DNA of 64,000 bases from an uncultured Bifidobacteriaceae bacterium. Lineage in GTDB: Bacteria > Verrucomicrobiota > Verrucomicrobiia > Limisphaerales > UBA11358. The notes under the pieces were generated by a model, which was given only the letters and a program-made list of their open reading frames with translations, was not told the DNA's origin and searched no databases. The stretch spans positions 11,121 through 75,120 of the forward strand of contig CAZHXG010000004.1 in the NCBI GenBank assembly GCA_964536285.1, written 5' to 3'. The position numbers and the translations under genes are program-made. Each line of letters opens with the position of its first letter. The first letter of the stretch is position 1. Positions 13,603 to 23,876 of the stretch are shown here, piece after piece.

Positions 13603-15122
13603 AATTTAACCGGTTTGGATTTGTCCTGCTGGAAACGACGCATCCTGCGATGCTCGGCGGATTTCGCCATCAATTGGGGAATCCAGCCTATCGCCAGGAA
13701 AAAAATTACGGCAAAGGGCAGCACTTTAAACACCTTGTCCACCATTTTCCCGATCCAAGGGTTGAAAAAAACATCGGCTGCCGGACTGACCAAATGGGGT
13801 CCCATCACAAATTTTCCGACGACGACCTGACCGCAGGCATAATAACCAACAACAAGCCCGCCCACCGCAACGGGAGCGAGCGCAAGTCCGCCCACGGCCC
13901 ACCATAATCCCACCGCGACGCTGCCGCTTGCGATCACGCCGACCGCCACAACCGAAATGGAAACAATTCCGTAACCAAAGATGCCGCAGGCAATCACCCC
14001 CACAGCCGTATCGCCGAATGCGATCACTCCTCTGGCCGAGCTTCCCAGCGCGATGACCCCCCTTGCGCTTCGCTTGCGGCCAGTCGCTGGATCAACGCCC
14101 ATCGCCATGTGCAGCAGCGGCCAGCCAAATAATGTGGCCTTGGAACGATATTCATAACTCATTTTGCGGCTCGCCTCCGGCGAAAGTTTTGAAGCAACGC
14201 CGGCAATCGACTCCAGTTCAGTCCTGATTTCAGCCGCCTGCTGGTAGCGGCTCTTTGGATTTCTTTCCAGAATTTTCAGCACCAACTCGTCGAGCCGCGA
14301 GTCCACCGCCGATTTTTGGGAAGGCAATTCAAACCGGCCGAGCGGCAATTCGCCCGTCAGCATTTCGTAGAACACCACGCCCAGCGAATAAAGATCGGCG
14401 CGATGATCCACTTCAAGCGGTTTGTCAATTTGTTCCGGGGCCATGTAGTGCATCGTGCCCATCACTTGATTGGACATCGTCAATTGCAAGTCCTGCCGCG
14501 CCACACCCAGCAATTTTGACAATCCGAAGTCAGCAATTTTCACGTGACCCTTTTTGTCTATTAAAATATTTTCCGGCTTGATGTCGCGATGGACAACACC
14601 TTCGCCGTGGGCGTATTCGAGCGCTTCACAAATTTGCAGCGTCAGGTTCAGCGCGTCACGCGGCGCCAATTGACCGGCCTGCAACATTTGCCGCAGATTT
14701 ATGCCATCCACGAATTCCATGAGGAAGTAGTAAAGCGGACCGGTCTGGCCAAGATCGAAAACGGTCACGACATTCGGATGGTTCAGGCGGGCCAGGGCGC
14801 GCGCTTCGCGGGCGAAGCGTTCGGCAAAGGCCGGCTCGGCGGAAATTTGCGGAGGAAGAATTTTGAGCGCCACCATCCGGTCAAGGCCGCGCTGCCGCGC
14901 CTTGTAAACGGCGCCCATGCCCCCATGACCGAGCAGCTCAAGGACTTCGAGTTGTGGGAAAAGATTTTTTATCGCGTCCGGGTGCGGTGGAGAAAAATCG
15001 GGGCCTTGCCGTGGCGACAATCTGATTGTCGCGCCTGCCTCTAGGCATTTGGGACACAACCTCTGCGTTGAATCCGCAGGAAGTTCTGCTTTGCAAGACT
15101 CGCAAATTCGCAACGTTTTCAT
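13599..15122 (-). CDS. Hanks-type Ser/Thr protein kinase with N-terminal zinc ribbon and C-terminal glycine-rich membrane region
   Basis: CESC...CPKC at the N-terminus. Kinase motifs GHGGMGAVYKA, HRDIKPENILI, DFGLSK, YMAPE. The C-terminal part carries repeated GVIA-type hydrophobic repeats. Confidence 0.92.
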   Translation of the reverse strand: MKTLRICESCKAELPADSTQRLCPKCLEAGATIRLSPRQGPDFSPPHPDAIKNLFPQLEVLELLGHGGMGAVYKARQRGLDRMVALKILPPQISAEPAFAERFAREARALARLNHPNVVTVFDLGQTGPLYYFLMEFVDGINLRQMLQAGQLAPRDALNLTLQICEALEYAHGEGVVHRDIKPENILIDKKGHVKIADFGLSKLLGVARQDLQLTMSNQVMGTMHYMAPEQIDKPLEVDHRADLYSLGVVFYEMLTGELPLGRFELPSQKSAVDSRLDELVLKILERNPKSRYQQAAEIRTELESIAGVASKLSPEASRKMSYEYRSKATLFGWPLLHMAMGVDPATGRKRSARGVIALGSSARGVIAFGDTAVGVIACGIFGYGIVSISVVAVGVIASGSVAVGLWWAVGGLALAPVAVGGLVVGYYACGQVVVGKFVMGPHLVSPAADVFFNPWIGKMVDKVFKVLPFAVIFFLAIGWIPQLMAKSAEHRRMRRFQQDKSKPVKL

Positions 15123-15486
15123 TTGGCTTACGGCAAGACTTGCCTGTTTCAGTTTCGTCGCGGCTCGAAGAATCGGCCTCCCGCAATTTGGCTTTCAATC
15201 CACTTCTTTTGCGCTCAAGGAAAAAATCACAATCTGAAATGTTGCTGAAGCCAAGAGCGGGACAACGCTTCAGCAGTTTCGCCACGCGTGTTGGTCCTAG
15301 CTCAATTCAGGAAACTTATATACAATGTTACCCTTGATTTGGCTTGATGTAGTTTGAATTGCTCTCATTTGAAGTCAGCTCTTCTTTTGGTTTCGTGAAT
15401 AAACGACAACAGCAGCCGCGATGATAATTAGCAGGACTAAAAACCCTGAAGTAGAGCCAGACAATGATGCTAACAAAGGTTTCACT

Positions 15487-16911
15487 TTAACTCCTTGTTA
15501 GTTCCTTAATTATCGCACCGTCTGAACCGACCAACTGGATTTGCAACGGCATCTGTCCGACGGCATGTGTCGAACAACTTAAGCACGGATCGTAACAGCG
15601 GATTCCATGCTCGACGCGATTGAGCATCGCTTCCGGGATTTCCTTCCCTTTGATGTAGTGCCGCGCGATTTGCGCGACGGTCTGGTTCATCGCCAGATTA
15701 TTTTGTCCGGTGGCGATGACGAGATTGACCTTCGTGATCAGACCGTTGCGATCCACCGCGTATTGATGGAACAACGTGCCTCGCGGCGCTTCGCTTACGC
15801 CCACGCCTTCAAGTTTGTTGATGCCGGCATCGGCGCGCAAATCGCCGGACAACAATTCCGGGTCGTCCATGTATTTCTCGATGCGCTCGATGCAGGCGAC
15901 AATTTCAATCAGCCGCGCGTAATGATAAAGGAACGACGATGTGACGACTCCATGTCCCATTTTTTTGAACTGTTTCAACTCCGCATCAGCCAGTGGCGTG
16001 CCGATGTTTCTGCAAATGTTCAGGCGCGCGAGCGGACCGACGCGATACATGCCACCGGGATAACCGAGCGGCTTGTAGTAAGGCGACTTGAGATAAGATG
16101 TCGGTTGCGTCGCCTCGCCGATGTAATCCTTGAAATTTTGCGCGTCAATCTGGTCGGCAACAATATGGCCGTAGCTGTCCATGAAACGCAGTTTGCCACC
16201 GTGATGTTCCCATTCGCCATCCGATCCGACGAGTCCCATGAAAAGCGAAGGGAAGTTTCCAAAAACTTGCGCTTCGCGTTCATGCGTCTCCAAAATCTTT
16301 TTGAACAAATCGAGCGCGATTTTCGAAGTTGCATACGCTTCCGGCAGCCAGTTGCGAATCTTCGTCCGACCTTCTTCCGTCAAAGCACTGCGCACGCCAC
16401 CGGGCACGGCCCACGGCGGATGGATTTTCTTGCCGCCGAGCGTCTCGATGATTTCCTGACCGAATTGACGCAATCGGATTCCAGCCCGCGCAAGGTTTGG
16501 ATGTGTTGCAACAATGCCGAAAACATTCCTTTGTGCAGGCGGCGTATCCCAGCCGAGCAAAAAATCCGGCGCGCTCAAATGAAAGAAACTCAACGCGTGT
16601 GACTGAAGGAGTTGTCCGAGATTCATCAGCCGGCGCAATTTGTCGGCGGCGGGCGGAATGGTCACGGCCATGATGGTGTCGCCTGCCTTGGCCGATGCGA
16701 GCAAATGGCTGATGGGGCAAATGCCGCAGATGCGCTGCGTGATGCCGGGCATCTCGGTATAAGGCCGGCCTTCGCAAAATTTTTCAAAGCCGCGGAACTC
16801 GACGACATGAAACGCGGCGTCCGTCACCTTGCCGTCGTCGCCGAGGTAGATGCTGATTTTCGCGTGACCTTCGATTCGCGTCACAGGATTGATTAAGATT
16901 CGTTGCGCCAT
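15487..16911 (-). CDS. hoxH: Bidirectional [NiFe] hydrogenase large subunit
   Basis: N-terminal RIEGH and [11 protein letters not shown]-terminal DPCLSCSTH followed by a cleavable extension. I prefer the ATG at 16911; the track start at 16929 is a TTG that overlaps hoxY. Confidence 0.95.
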   Translation of the reverse strand: MAQRILINPVTRIEGHAKISIYLGDDGKVTDAAFHVVEFRGFEKFCEGRPYTEMPGITQRICGICPISHLLASAKAGDTIMAVTIPPAADKLRRLMNLGQLLQSHALSFFHLSAPDFLLGWDTPPAQRNVFGIVATHPNLARAGIRLRQFGQEIIETLGGKKIHPPWAVPGGVRSALTEEGRTKIRNWLPEAYATSKIALDLFKKILETHEREAQVFGNFPSLFMGLVGSDGEWEHHGGKLRFMDSYGHIVADQIDAQNFKDYIGEATQPTSYLKSPYYKPLGYPGGMYRVGPLARLNICRNIGTPLADAELKQFKKMGHGVVTSSFLYHYARLIEIVACIERIEKYMDDPELLSGDLRADAGINKLEGVGVSEAPRGTLFHQYAVDRNGLITKVNLVIATGQNNLAMNQTVAQIARHYIKGKEIPEAMLNRVEHGIRCYDPCLSCSTHAVGQMPLQIQLVGSDGAIIKELTRS

Positions 16912-16921
16912 AAAAATTCTT

Positions 16922-17470
16922 TCAGCCAAATTTGATGTCCAAGCCCGCGAGTTTGGGTTCTTTACCCGCGATCATTTGTTCCAATAAAAATCTGATGCGT
17001 GCCGCGGGCGGCGGGCAGCCGGGCAGATAATAATCCACGTGCACGACTTCCTGCACCGGCATCACGCGCTTCAAAAGCACCGGCACGACGCCGGGGTCTC
17101 TCGGAATCTGCGGATTCGTTTCCGACAATTCGACGTAAGCGCGTTGCAAAACATTTTCGTCATTGCCAAGGCCAAGCTGATTGCGAATAGCCGTGACGTT
17201 GCCCGTGACCGCGCAGTCGCCGAAGGCAACGATGATTTTTGACCGTTCACGAATCTTGTGCGCCATCTCGACATGCTCCTCGTTGCATACTGCGCCTTCG
17301 ATGAGGCAAACGTCCACGTTTTTTGGAAATTCCTTTGCGTCCACGACCGGGCCGTAGACGATGTCCACGTGCTGCGCCAGGTCGATGAGAAATTCGTCCA
17401 GATCCAAAAAGGACATATGACAGCCGGAGCAGCCGCCGAACCAGGTTGATGCCAGTCTTATACGATCCAT
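16922..17470 (-). CDS. hoxY: Bidirectional [NiFe] hydrogenase small subunit
   Basis: [23 protein letters not shown]... The ATG at 17470 overlaps the hoxU stop. The upstream 189 codons of the 371-aa track ORF are Arg/His-rich out-of-frame readthrough over hoxU. Confidence 0.9.
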   Translation of the reverse strand: MDRIRLASTWFGGCSGCHMSFLDLDEFLIDLAQHVDIVYGPVVDAKEFPKNVDVCLIEGAVCNEEHVEMAHKIRERSKIIVAFGDCAVTGNVTAIRNQLGLGNDENVLQRAYVELSETNPQIPRDPGVVPVLLKRVMPVQEVVHVDYYLPGCPPPAARIRFLLEQMIAGKEPKLAGLDIKFG

Positions 17471-18174
17471 TGTTTTTTCTCCCGTGCGTTGACGATGAAT
17501 TCGAGTTTTGTGCGGTCGCGTTCCATTTCGGCCACCGTCGAGCCTTTGTGGAACAGCGCGCCGGTCGGACAGGATTGCACGCATTTGCCGCAGGACGTGC
17601 AGGTTTCGGAATCGCCCCACGGCATGTTGAGGTCGCTGATGATTTTGGATTTGCCGCCGCGGCCGGAAACATTTTTCGTTCCCGCGCCCTCGATGTGCCA
17701 GCACACGCGCACGCAGCGCGTGCAAAGGATGCAACGGTTGTGATCCATGCCGAACAGCTTGTGCGTCGCGTCCACGTTCCATTTCGGATAACAATAATCG
17801 TAACGGACATGATCCATGCCTTGCGAATAGGCGAGCGTCTGCAATTCGCAATGGCCGTTCGCCACGCACACGGCGCAGATGTGATTCCGTTCCGCGAACA
17901 AAAGCTCCAGCGTCATGCGGCGGTATTTTTGTAACCGCTCGCTGTCGGTCTTGATGTCCATGCCCTCGGCGATTTTCGTGGTGCAGGCCGGAAGAAGTTT
18001 GGGCACGCCGGTGATTTCCACGATGCAAAGGCGGCACGCGCCCACGTCATAAACGCCATCGAGATGGCAGAGCGTGGGAATCTTCACGTCAGCTTCTTCC
18101 GCAGCCTGCAAAATCGTCGTGCCTTCCTCGGCGCTGATTTCCTTCCCATCAATGGTTAAAGTTTTGACGGCCAT
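17458..18174 (-). CDS. hoxU: Diaphorase iron-sulfur subunit (NuoG N-terminal-like)
   Basis: 238 aa. 2Fe-2S region CRLC, then [11 protein letters not shown] and [12 protein letters not shown] clusters. Confidence 0.93.
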   Translation of the reverse strand: MAVKTLTIDGKEISAEEGTTILQAAEEADVKIPTLCHLDGVYDVGACRLCIVEITGVPKLLPACTTKIAEGMDIKTDSERLQKYRRMTLELLFAERNHICAVCVANGHCELQTLAYSQGMDHVRYDYCYPKWNVDATHKLFGMDHNRCILCTRCVRVCWHIEGAGTKNVSGRGGKSKIISDLNMPWGDSETCTSCGKCVQSCPTGALFHKGSTVAEMERDRTKLEFIVNAREKKQWIV

Positions 18175-18181
18175 AAAATTT

Positions 18182-18667
18182 TCAAGGGCTTGATTGTGAA
18201 CGAATCAATTTAAGACCAGTGGCTGTCAGCGCCATTTTCTCTTTTCTCGCTTTTTCGGAAGAAAACACACACAACGATCCGTTGGTGTCAATTTGCCCTG
18301 TGAAAGAACCATTGCTAAAATCACAGATCATCGTCAATTCCGGGCGCGTAATGCCTTCAGCAGCCACTATGGCGCCATCAAGTTTGCCCGTGATCAGGGT
18401 ATGCCCCCACGGCCAGCTGCGATGCGACAGGAAATGGCCCGCGGCGAGTGTGGCATCACCAATTTTTCCCGTCACACTTCCGTCTGCGTGGATGTCCAGC
18501 GCGACTGTGAGATTTGTTTGATGGCACCATGAAACAATGATTCGCGCGTTTCCTTCCCAATGACCAACCATTGGCGGAGTAATGATGCTTTCGGATGAAA
18601 ATAAATTCCAAGTCGTCAACACAGTGAACGCAATCATCAAAGCCGTGATATGAAATTTTTTGTTCAT
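18182..18667 (-). CDS. Hypothetical exported protein embedded in the hox operon
   Basis: 161 aa with a signal-peptide-like N-terminus [24 protein letters not shown]. The start overlaps the hoxF stop (ATGA), and the gene ends 8 nt before the hoxU start. Confidence 0.6.
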   Translation of the reverse strand: MNKKFHITALMIAFTVLTTWNLFSSESIITPPMVGHWEGNARIIVSWCHQTNLTVALDIHADGSVTGKIGDATLAAGHFLSHRSWPWGHTLITGKLDGAIVAAEGITRPELTMICDFSNGSFTGQIDTNGSLCVFSSEKARKEKMALTATGLKLIRSQSSP

Positions 18668-20307
18668 ACGATTACCGTTTTTTTCTTCAATTCACCATTA
18701 CTACGCGGGCCAAATTCGTCCGGTTGCAACAACTCTTCATATTCGTTTCGGAAAAATCGAAGGGTGCTCAACGTGGGATTCGGCGCGGTCTGGCCGAGTC
18801 CGCAAAGACTCGTGTTCTTCACCATGTCGCAAAGTTCTTCCAGCTTCGCCAAATCGCGCGCGGTGGCCTTGCGATTCAAAATCTTTTCCAGCAGGTGAAG
18901 CATCTGCACCGTGCCGGCGCGGCAGGGAATGCATTTGCCGCAGGATTCGTCCACGCAGAACTCCATGAAATAGCGTGCGACATCCACCATCTTCGTCGAG
19001 TCATCCATCACGATCATGCCGCCCGAACCCATGATGGAGCCGAGTTTGCCGAGCGATTCGTAATCCACCGGCGTATCCAAATGTTGCGACGGAATGCAGC
19101 CGCCGGACGGTCCGCCGGTTTGCACGGCTTTTATTTTGCGTCCATCGGGCGCGCCGCCGCCCATTTCCTCGACGATTTGTCGCAGAGGAGTGCCCATCGG
19201 CACTTCGATGAGGCCGGTGTTGTTGATTTTTCCGGCGAGCGCAAAAACTTTTGTTCCTTTGCTTTTTTCTGTGCCAATGCTCGCGAACCAATCCGCACCT
19301 TTGCGAATGATCGGCGGCACGTTGGCGAAAGTTTCGACGTTATTGATCAAAGTCGGACAGCCCCACAATCCGCTTTCGGCGGGGAACGGCGGACGCGGAC
19401 GCGGCGTGCCGCGCTTGCCTTCGACGGAGGCCATCAATGCGGTCTCTTCGCCGCAAACGAACGCACCCGCACCGATGCGAATGTCGATGTTGAAGCTGAA
19501 AGGCGACTCAAAAACTCCGCTGCCGAGCAAGCCAAGTTGTTTCGCCTGCTTGATTGCAAGCTGCAGCCGCTTGATTGCGAGCGGATATTCGGCGCGGCAA
19601 TAAATAAAACCTTGATTCGCGCCGACGGCATAAGCGGCGATGGCCATGCCTTCGAGCACGCTGTGCGGATCGCTTTCCAAAACACTGCGATCCATGAACG
19701 CGCCGGGGTCGCCTTCGTCCGCATTGCAAATGACATACTTCTGCGCGCTTTGTGTTTTGGCGACCGTGCTCCATTTAAGACCGGTCGGAAAACCCGCGCC
19801 GCCGCGCCCGCGCAAGCCGCTCTTGATCATCGAATCCACTACGTCCTTCGGCGTCATCTCGCGAAGTACGTGATGCAATCCCTGATAACCGTCGGCGGCG
19901 ATGTAAGCTTCGATCCGTTCTGGGTCGATTTTGCCGCTGTTGGCCAGAACGATGGACAATTGCTTTTTGAAAAATGGATTCTGCGGATCACCGACTTTGA
20001 CGTTTGTCTTGCCGCCTTTCAAAGTGTCGATGAGCGAGCGAGCGTCTTCCGGCGTGACCTTTTCGTAAAGCGTGCCCTTCGGGTCAACGCCCACGAGCGG
20101 GCCTTCGCAACAGAGTTTCATGCAGCCGACACCGCGCACTTCGACTTCATCGCTCAAGCCTGCGTCCTTCACCGCTTGGTCGAGATTTTTTTTGACGGTT
20201 TCGGAATTGGACGACATGCAACCCGCGGCCATGCAGCAGCGGATGACCGTTTTTTTGCGCGCGGCGCGTTCCTTTTCGGCAATCACATGGAGATCATCAT
20301 TTACCAT
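18664..20307 (-). CDS. hoxF: Diaphorase NAD(P)H-binding FMN subunit (NuoF-like)
   Basis: 547 aa with [13 protein letters not shown] and [10 protein letters not shown] motifs. Confidence 0.95.
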   Translation of the reverse strand: MVNDDLHVIAEKERAARKKTVIRCCMAAGCMSSNSETVKKNLDQAVKDAGLSDEVEVRGVGCMKLCCEGPLVGVDPKGTLYEKVTPEDARSLIDTLKGGKTNVKVGDPQNPFFKKQLSIVLANSGKIDPERIEAYIAADGYQGLHHVLREMTPKDVVDSMIKSGLRGRGGAGFPTGLKWSTVAKTQSAQKYVICNADEGDPGAFMDRSVLESDPHSVLEGMAIAAYAVGANQGFIYCRAEYPLAIKRLQLAIKQAKQLGLLGSGVFESPFSFNIDIRIGAGAFVCGEETALMASVEGKRGTPRPRPPFPAESGLWGCPTLINNVETFANVPPIIRKGADWFASIGTEKSKGTKVFALAGKINNTGLIEVPMGTPLRQIVEEMGGGAPDGRKIKAVQTGGPSGGCIPSQHLDTPVDYESLGKLGSIMGSGGMIVMDDSTKMVDVARYFMEFCVDESCGKCIPCRAGTVQMLHLLEKILNRKATARDLAKLEELCDMVKNTSLCGLGQTAPNPTLSTLRFFRNEYEELLQPDEFGPRSNGELKKKTVIV

Positions 20308-20827
20308 TTGGAATCCAGTTTTTTATGTGTTCAAGCGTGGTTTCAGGCGTCTGGCGCGGTGTGACGACACCGTCGAAAACAACGGCGGGGGCAATACCGC
20401 ACGCGCCGATGCATCGCGCGGTTAAAAGGGAAAGTTGATTGTCCGAGGTCGTTTCACCGGCTTTGATTTTTGATTTCGCTTCGACAGCGGCGAGGACTTT
20501 GTCCGCGCCTTTCACATAACAGGCCGTGCCGAGGCAGACGACGCAGGTGTGTTTACCTTGCGGTTTGAGCGTAAAAAAATGATAAAATGTCGCAACGCCA
20601 TAGACGCGGCTTGCGGGCAACTTGAGCCGGTAGGCGACGAACAAAAGCAAATCGTCTTCGAGATAGCCGAAGAGTTCCTGTGCCTTGTGCAAAACCTCGA
20701 TGAGCGCGTCCTGCCGATACTGGTGCTTCTTCATGTGCACTTCAAGAATCTTGAAACGCTTGTCGCCGCTGGCGTGCTGCATCACGCGGTCGACCGTCTT
20801 CTGTTTTTCATGCAAGAGTATTGACAT
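20297..20827 (-). CDS. hoxE: Diaphorase 2Fe-2S subunit (NuoE-like)
   Basis: 176 aa with cysteine motifs CLGTAC...CIGACGIAP. First gene of the minus-strand hox string. Confidence 0.9.
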   Translation of the reverse strand: MSILLHEKQKTVDRVMQHASGDKRFKILEVHMKKHQYRQDALIEVLHKAQELFGYLEDDLLLFVAYRLKLPASRVYGVATFYHFFTLKPQGKHTCVVCLGTACYVKGADKVLAAVEAKSKIKAGETTSDNQLSLLTARCIGACGIAPAVVFDGVVTPRQTPETTLEHIKNWIPNGK

Positions 20828-21099
20828 AAGCCATCAAATTAAGTCTGACGCGCTCAACATAGTGGCGGCGGAACAAGGACTCTCCACGTAACTTGGCTTT
20901 GACTGCACATTTTTTGTTCCTGTAAGGCGGAGGAGAACGAAGCCGGGAAAATTGCGGCGGCATTTTTTAATTCATTAAAAAATTTTCCAAGCCGGATCGG
21001 TAGCAAGAATTGCGAAGACTTTGACAAGGGAAGAGAAGAGGCATTGGTCTTGTTGCATCAGATTTGTCCCACGAACAACGAACCAACCAAATCCATTTT

Positions 21100-23847
21100 A
21101 TGGCCAAAACATCGAACTCATTGAAATACGTTTATCTCTTTGGAAACAAAAAAGCTGACGGAAACGGCTCCTTGAAACCTCTGCTCGGCGGCAAAGGCGC
21201 GAACCTCGCCGAAATGTCTCGCATCGGTTTGCCCGTGCCGCCGGGCTTTACGATCACCACCGAGGTCTGCACTCATTATTACGCGAACAAGCGGAGCTAT
21301 CCCAAAGACCTTACCCAGCAGACCAAGGCCGGTGTCGCTTTCATCGAAAACATCATGGGCACGAAGTTCGGCGACAAGACCGCGACGCCGTTGCTCGTTT
21401 CAGTCCGTTCCGGCGCGCGCGATTCGATGCCCGGCATGATGGACACGATTTTGAACCTTGGTTTGAACGACGAAACAGTCGTCGCGCTCGTCAAAGCGAC
21501 AAAGAACGAGCGGTTCGCGTGGGATTGTTATCGCCGCTTCATTCAAATGTATGGCGACGTCGTCATGGGCGTGCAGAAACGTGCGGACGAGGATCATGAA
21601 CCGTTTGAAATTGTCATCCACAAACTCAAACACGATCGTCACGGTGATGACGTTGAAGACACAAAACTTAGCGTTGCAGACCTCAAGGAACTTGTCGCCC
21701 GTTTCAAGAAGTTGATCAAGGAACGCACCGATGGCGAATTTCCGCAAGACCCGTGGCAACAGCTTTGGGGCGCGGTCGGCGCGGTGTTCGGTTCGTGGAT
21801 GAATGATCGAGCGATGGTTTATCGTCGCAAATATAATATTCCTTCCGAATGGGGAACTGCGGTCAACGTGCAGGCGATGGTTTATGGAAACACCGGGGAC
21901 AATTCAGGCTCAGGCGTTGCATTTACGCGCGATCCGGCAACCGGCGAAAAAGTTTTTTACGGGGAATTTCTGATCAACGCACAAGGCGAAGACGTCGTTG
22001 CCGGTGTGCGTACGCCGGAACCGGTCGCACAATTGAAAAATCATATGCCGCAGGCTTTTGCCGAACTCGAAATAGTCCGCCAGACGCTCGAATCGCATTT
22101 CAAGGACGTTCAGGATTTTGAATTCACGATTCAGGACGGAAAACTTTTCATGCTGCAAACGCGCAATGGCAAGCGCACCGGTCTTGCTGCCGTTCGTTTC
22201 GCGATTGAGATGGAGAAGGAAAAACTGATTGATTGGAAGACGGCGATTCGTCGCGTTCCCGCGAATCAATTGGATCAAGTGCTCGCACCGATTTTTGATC
22301 GCAAGGCAATCAAGGCCGCGAAGTGCATCGCGCGCGGTTTGCCCGCCGGTCCGGGCGCGGCTTCCGGTAAAATGTATTTGAATGCGGATCGCGCTGCCGC
22401 TGCGGCGGCAAAGGGTGAAAAAGTTTTGCTGGTTCGCAATGAAACGTCGCCCGAAGATTTGCGCGGCATGATCGCCGCCGAAGGAATCTTGACGGCGAAA
22501 GGTGGCGTCAGTTCGCACGCGGCGCTTGTCGCGCGGCAGATGGGCAAGGTTTGTGTTTGCGGCGCGGGCGCTTTGAACATTGATTACGTCACGAAGACCG
22601 TCAGCGTCAACGGCGACAAGTTCAACGAAGGTGATTTTATTTCCATCAACGGGACTGCAGGTGAAGTTTATCCCGGAGAACTTCGCACCGCGCATTCCGA
22701 AATCGTTCAGGTACTCGTCGAAAGGTCTCTTGGCGAGAAGGAGAGCGTGACTTTCCAGATGTTCAAAAAACTCATGGAGTGGTGCGCGAAAGTTTCGCGG
22801 ATGCAAGTCCGCACGAATGCCGACACGCCGGAGCAGACAGCCAACGCCATCGCGTTCGGCGCTAGCGGAATCGGTTTGTGCCGCACGGAGCACATGTTTT
22901 TCGCGGGCAATCGCATTGACGCGATGCGCGAAATGATTCTGGCCGACAACCTCGCCGACCGGAAAAAAGCACTGGCAAAAATTCTGCCTTATCAAAAGGA
23001 AGATTTCGCCGGAATTTTTCGCGAGCTGAAAGGTTTGCCGGCGACGATTCGTTTTCTCGATCCGCCGCTGCACGAATTTCTGCCGCACGAAGATGCGGCG
23101 CAGCAGGACCTGGCGAAAAAAATGGGCGTGCCGGTCGAAAAAATTAAACAGCGCGTCAAAGAATTGCACGAGTTCAACCCGATGCTCGGCTTCCGCGGTT
23201 GCCGTCTCGGCCTGGTCTATCCGGAAATTTCCGAAATGCAATCGCGCGCAGTTTTTGAAGCTGCAGCAGAAGTTCTGAAATCCGGCGTCAAGGTGAAACC
23301 GGAAATCATGATTCCGCTCGTCGGGTTCAAAAAAGAATTCGATCTACAAATGGAAGTTGTCCATCGCGTCGCGAAAGAAGTCATGGCCGAACAGAAAGTG
23401 AAATTGGAATACCTCGTCGGCACGATGATCGAAGTGCCGCGCGGCGCGCTTACTGCGGACGAAATCGCGCAAACCGCCGAGTTTTTCAGCTTCGGCACGA
23501 ACGACCTCACGCAAACCGCGTTGGGCATGAGCCGCGACGATTCCGGTTCATTTCTTCCGCCATATACCGAAATGGAAATCGTGAAGTCGAATCCGTTCGC
23601 CACGATTGATCAGACTGGCGTCGGCAAATTGATGGAGATGGCCGTTGAGCTTGGCCGCAAGACGCGTCCGAACATCAAGCTTGGCATTTGCGGCGAACAC
23701 GGCGGCGACCCGGAATCAGTAAAATTTTGCCATCGTATCGGTCTGAACTATGTTAGCTGCTCGCCGTTCCGCGTACCTGTCGCAAGACTTGCCGCAGCGC
23801 AGGCCGCATTGGAAGAAGAAGCCGCCAAAAAAGCGAAAAAAAAATAA
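21100..23847 (+). CDS. ppdK: Pyruvate, phosphate dikinase
   Basis: About 915 aa from the ATG at 21100 (the track start at 21064 is a TTG). Phosphohistidine region [15 protein letters not shown] and C-terminal PEP-utilising motif CGEHGGDP. Confidence 0.95.
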   Translation: MAKTSNSLKYVYLFGNKKADGNGSLKPLLGGKGANLAEMSRIGLPVPPGFTITTEVCTHYYANKRSYPKDLTQQTKAGVAFIENIMGTKFGDKTATPLLVSVRSGARDSMPGMMDTILNLGLNDETVVALVKATKNERFAWDCYRRFIQMYGDVVMGVQKRADEDHEPFEIVIHKLKHDRHGDDVEDTKLSVADLKELVARFKKLIKERTDGEFPQDPWQQLWGAVGAVFGSWMNDRAMVYRRKYNIPSEWGTAVNVQAMVYGNTGDNSGSGVAFTRDPATGEKVFYGEFLINAQGEDVVAGVRTPEPVAQLKNHMPQAFAELEIVRQTLESHFKDVQDFEFTIQDGKLFMLQTRNGKRTGLAAVRFAIEMEKEKLIDWKTAIRRVPANQLDQVLAPIFDRKAIKAAKCIARGLPAGPGAASGKMYLNADRAAAAAAKGEKVLLVRNETSPEDLRGMIAAEGILTAKGGVSSHAALVARQMGKVCVCGAGALNIDYVTKTVSVNGDKFNEGDFISINGTAGEVYPGELRTAHSEIVQVLVERSLGEKESVTFQMFKKLMEWCAKVSRMQVRTNADTPEQTANAIAFGASGIGLCRTEHMFFAGNRIDAMREMILADNLADRKKALAKILPYQKEDFAGIFRELKGLPATIRFLDPPLHEFLPHEDAAQQDLAKKMGVPVEKIKQRVKELHEFNPMLGFRGCRLGLVYPEISEMQSRAVFEAAAEVLKSGVKVKPEIMIPLVGFKKEFDLQMEVVHRVAKEVMAEQKVKLEYLVGTMIEVPRGALTADEIAQTAEFFSFGTNDLTQTALGMSRDDSGSFLPPYTEMEIVKSNPFATIDQTGVGKLMEMAVELGRKTRPNIKLGICGEHGGDPESVKFCHRIGLNYVSCSPFRVPVARLAAAQAALEEEAAKKAKKK

Positions 23848-23876
23848 AACCAACAACAAACATCACGAAATATCTT

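Noticed and set aside
17471-18037. N-terminal 189 codons of the 371-aa track ORF that contains hoxY.
   Set aside because: The extension overlaps hoxU out of frame and is Arg/His-rich nonsense. The HoxY homology begins at the ATG at 17470 ([18 protein letters not shown]).
20955-20975. AT-rich inverted repeat TTTTTTAAT-TC-ATTAAAAAA in the hoxE/ppdK divergent region, considered as a possible operator.
   Set aside because: Low-complexity A/T palindromes arise easily in AT-rich promoter DNA. There is only a single copy and no recognisable partner motif. It is noted but not called.
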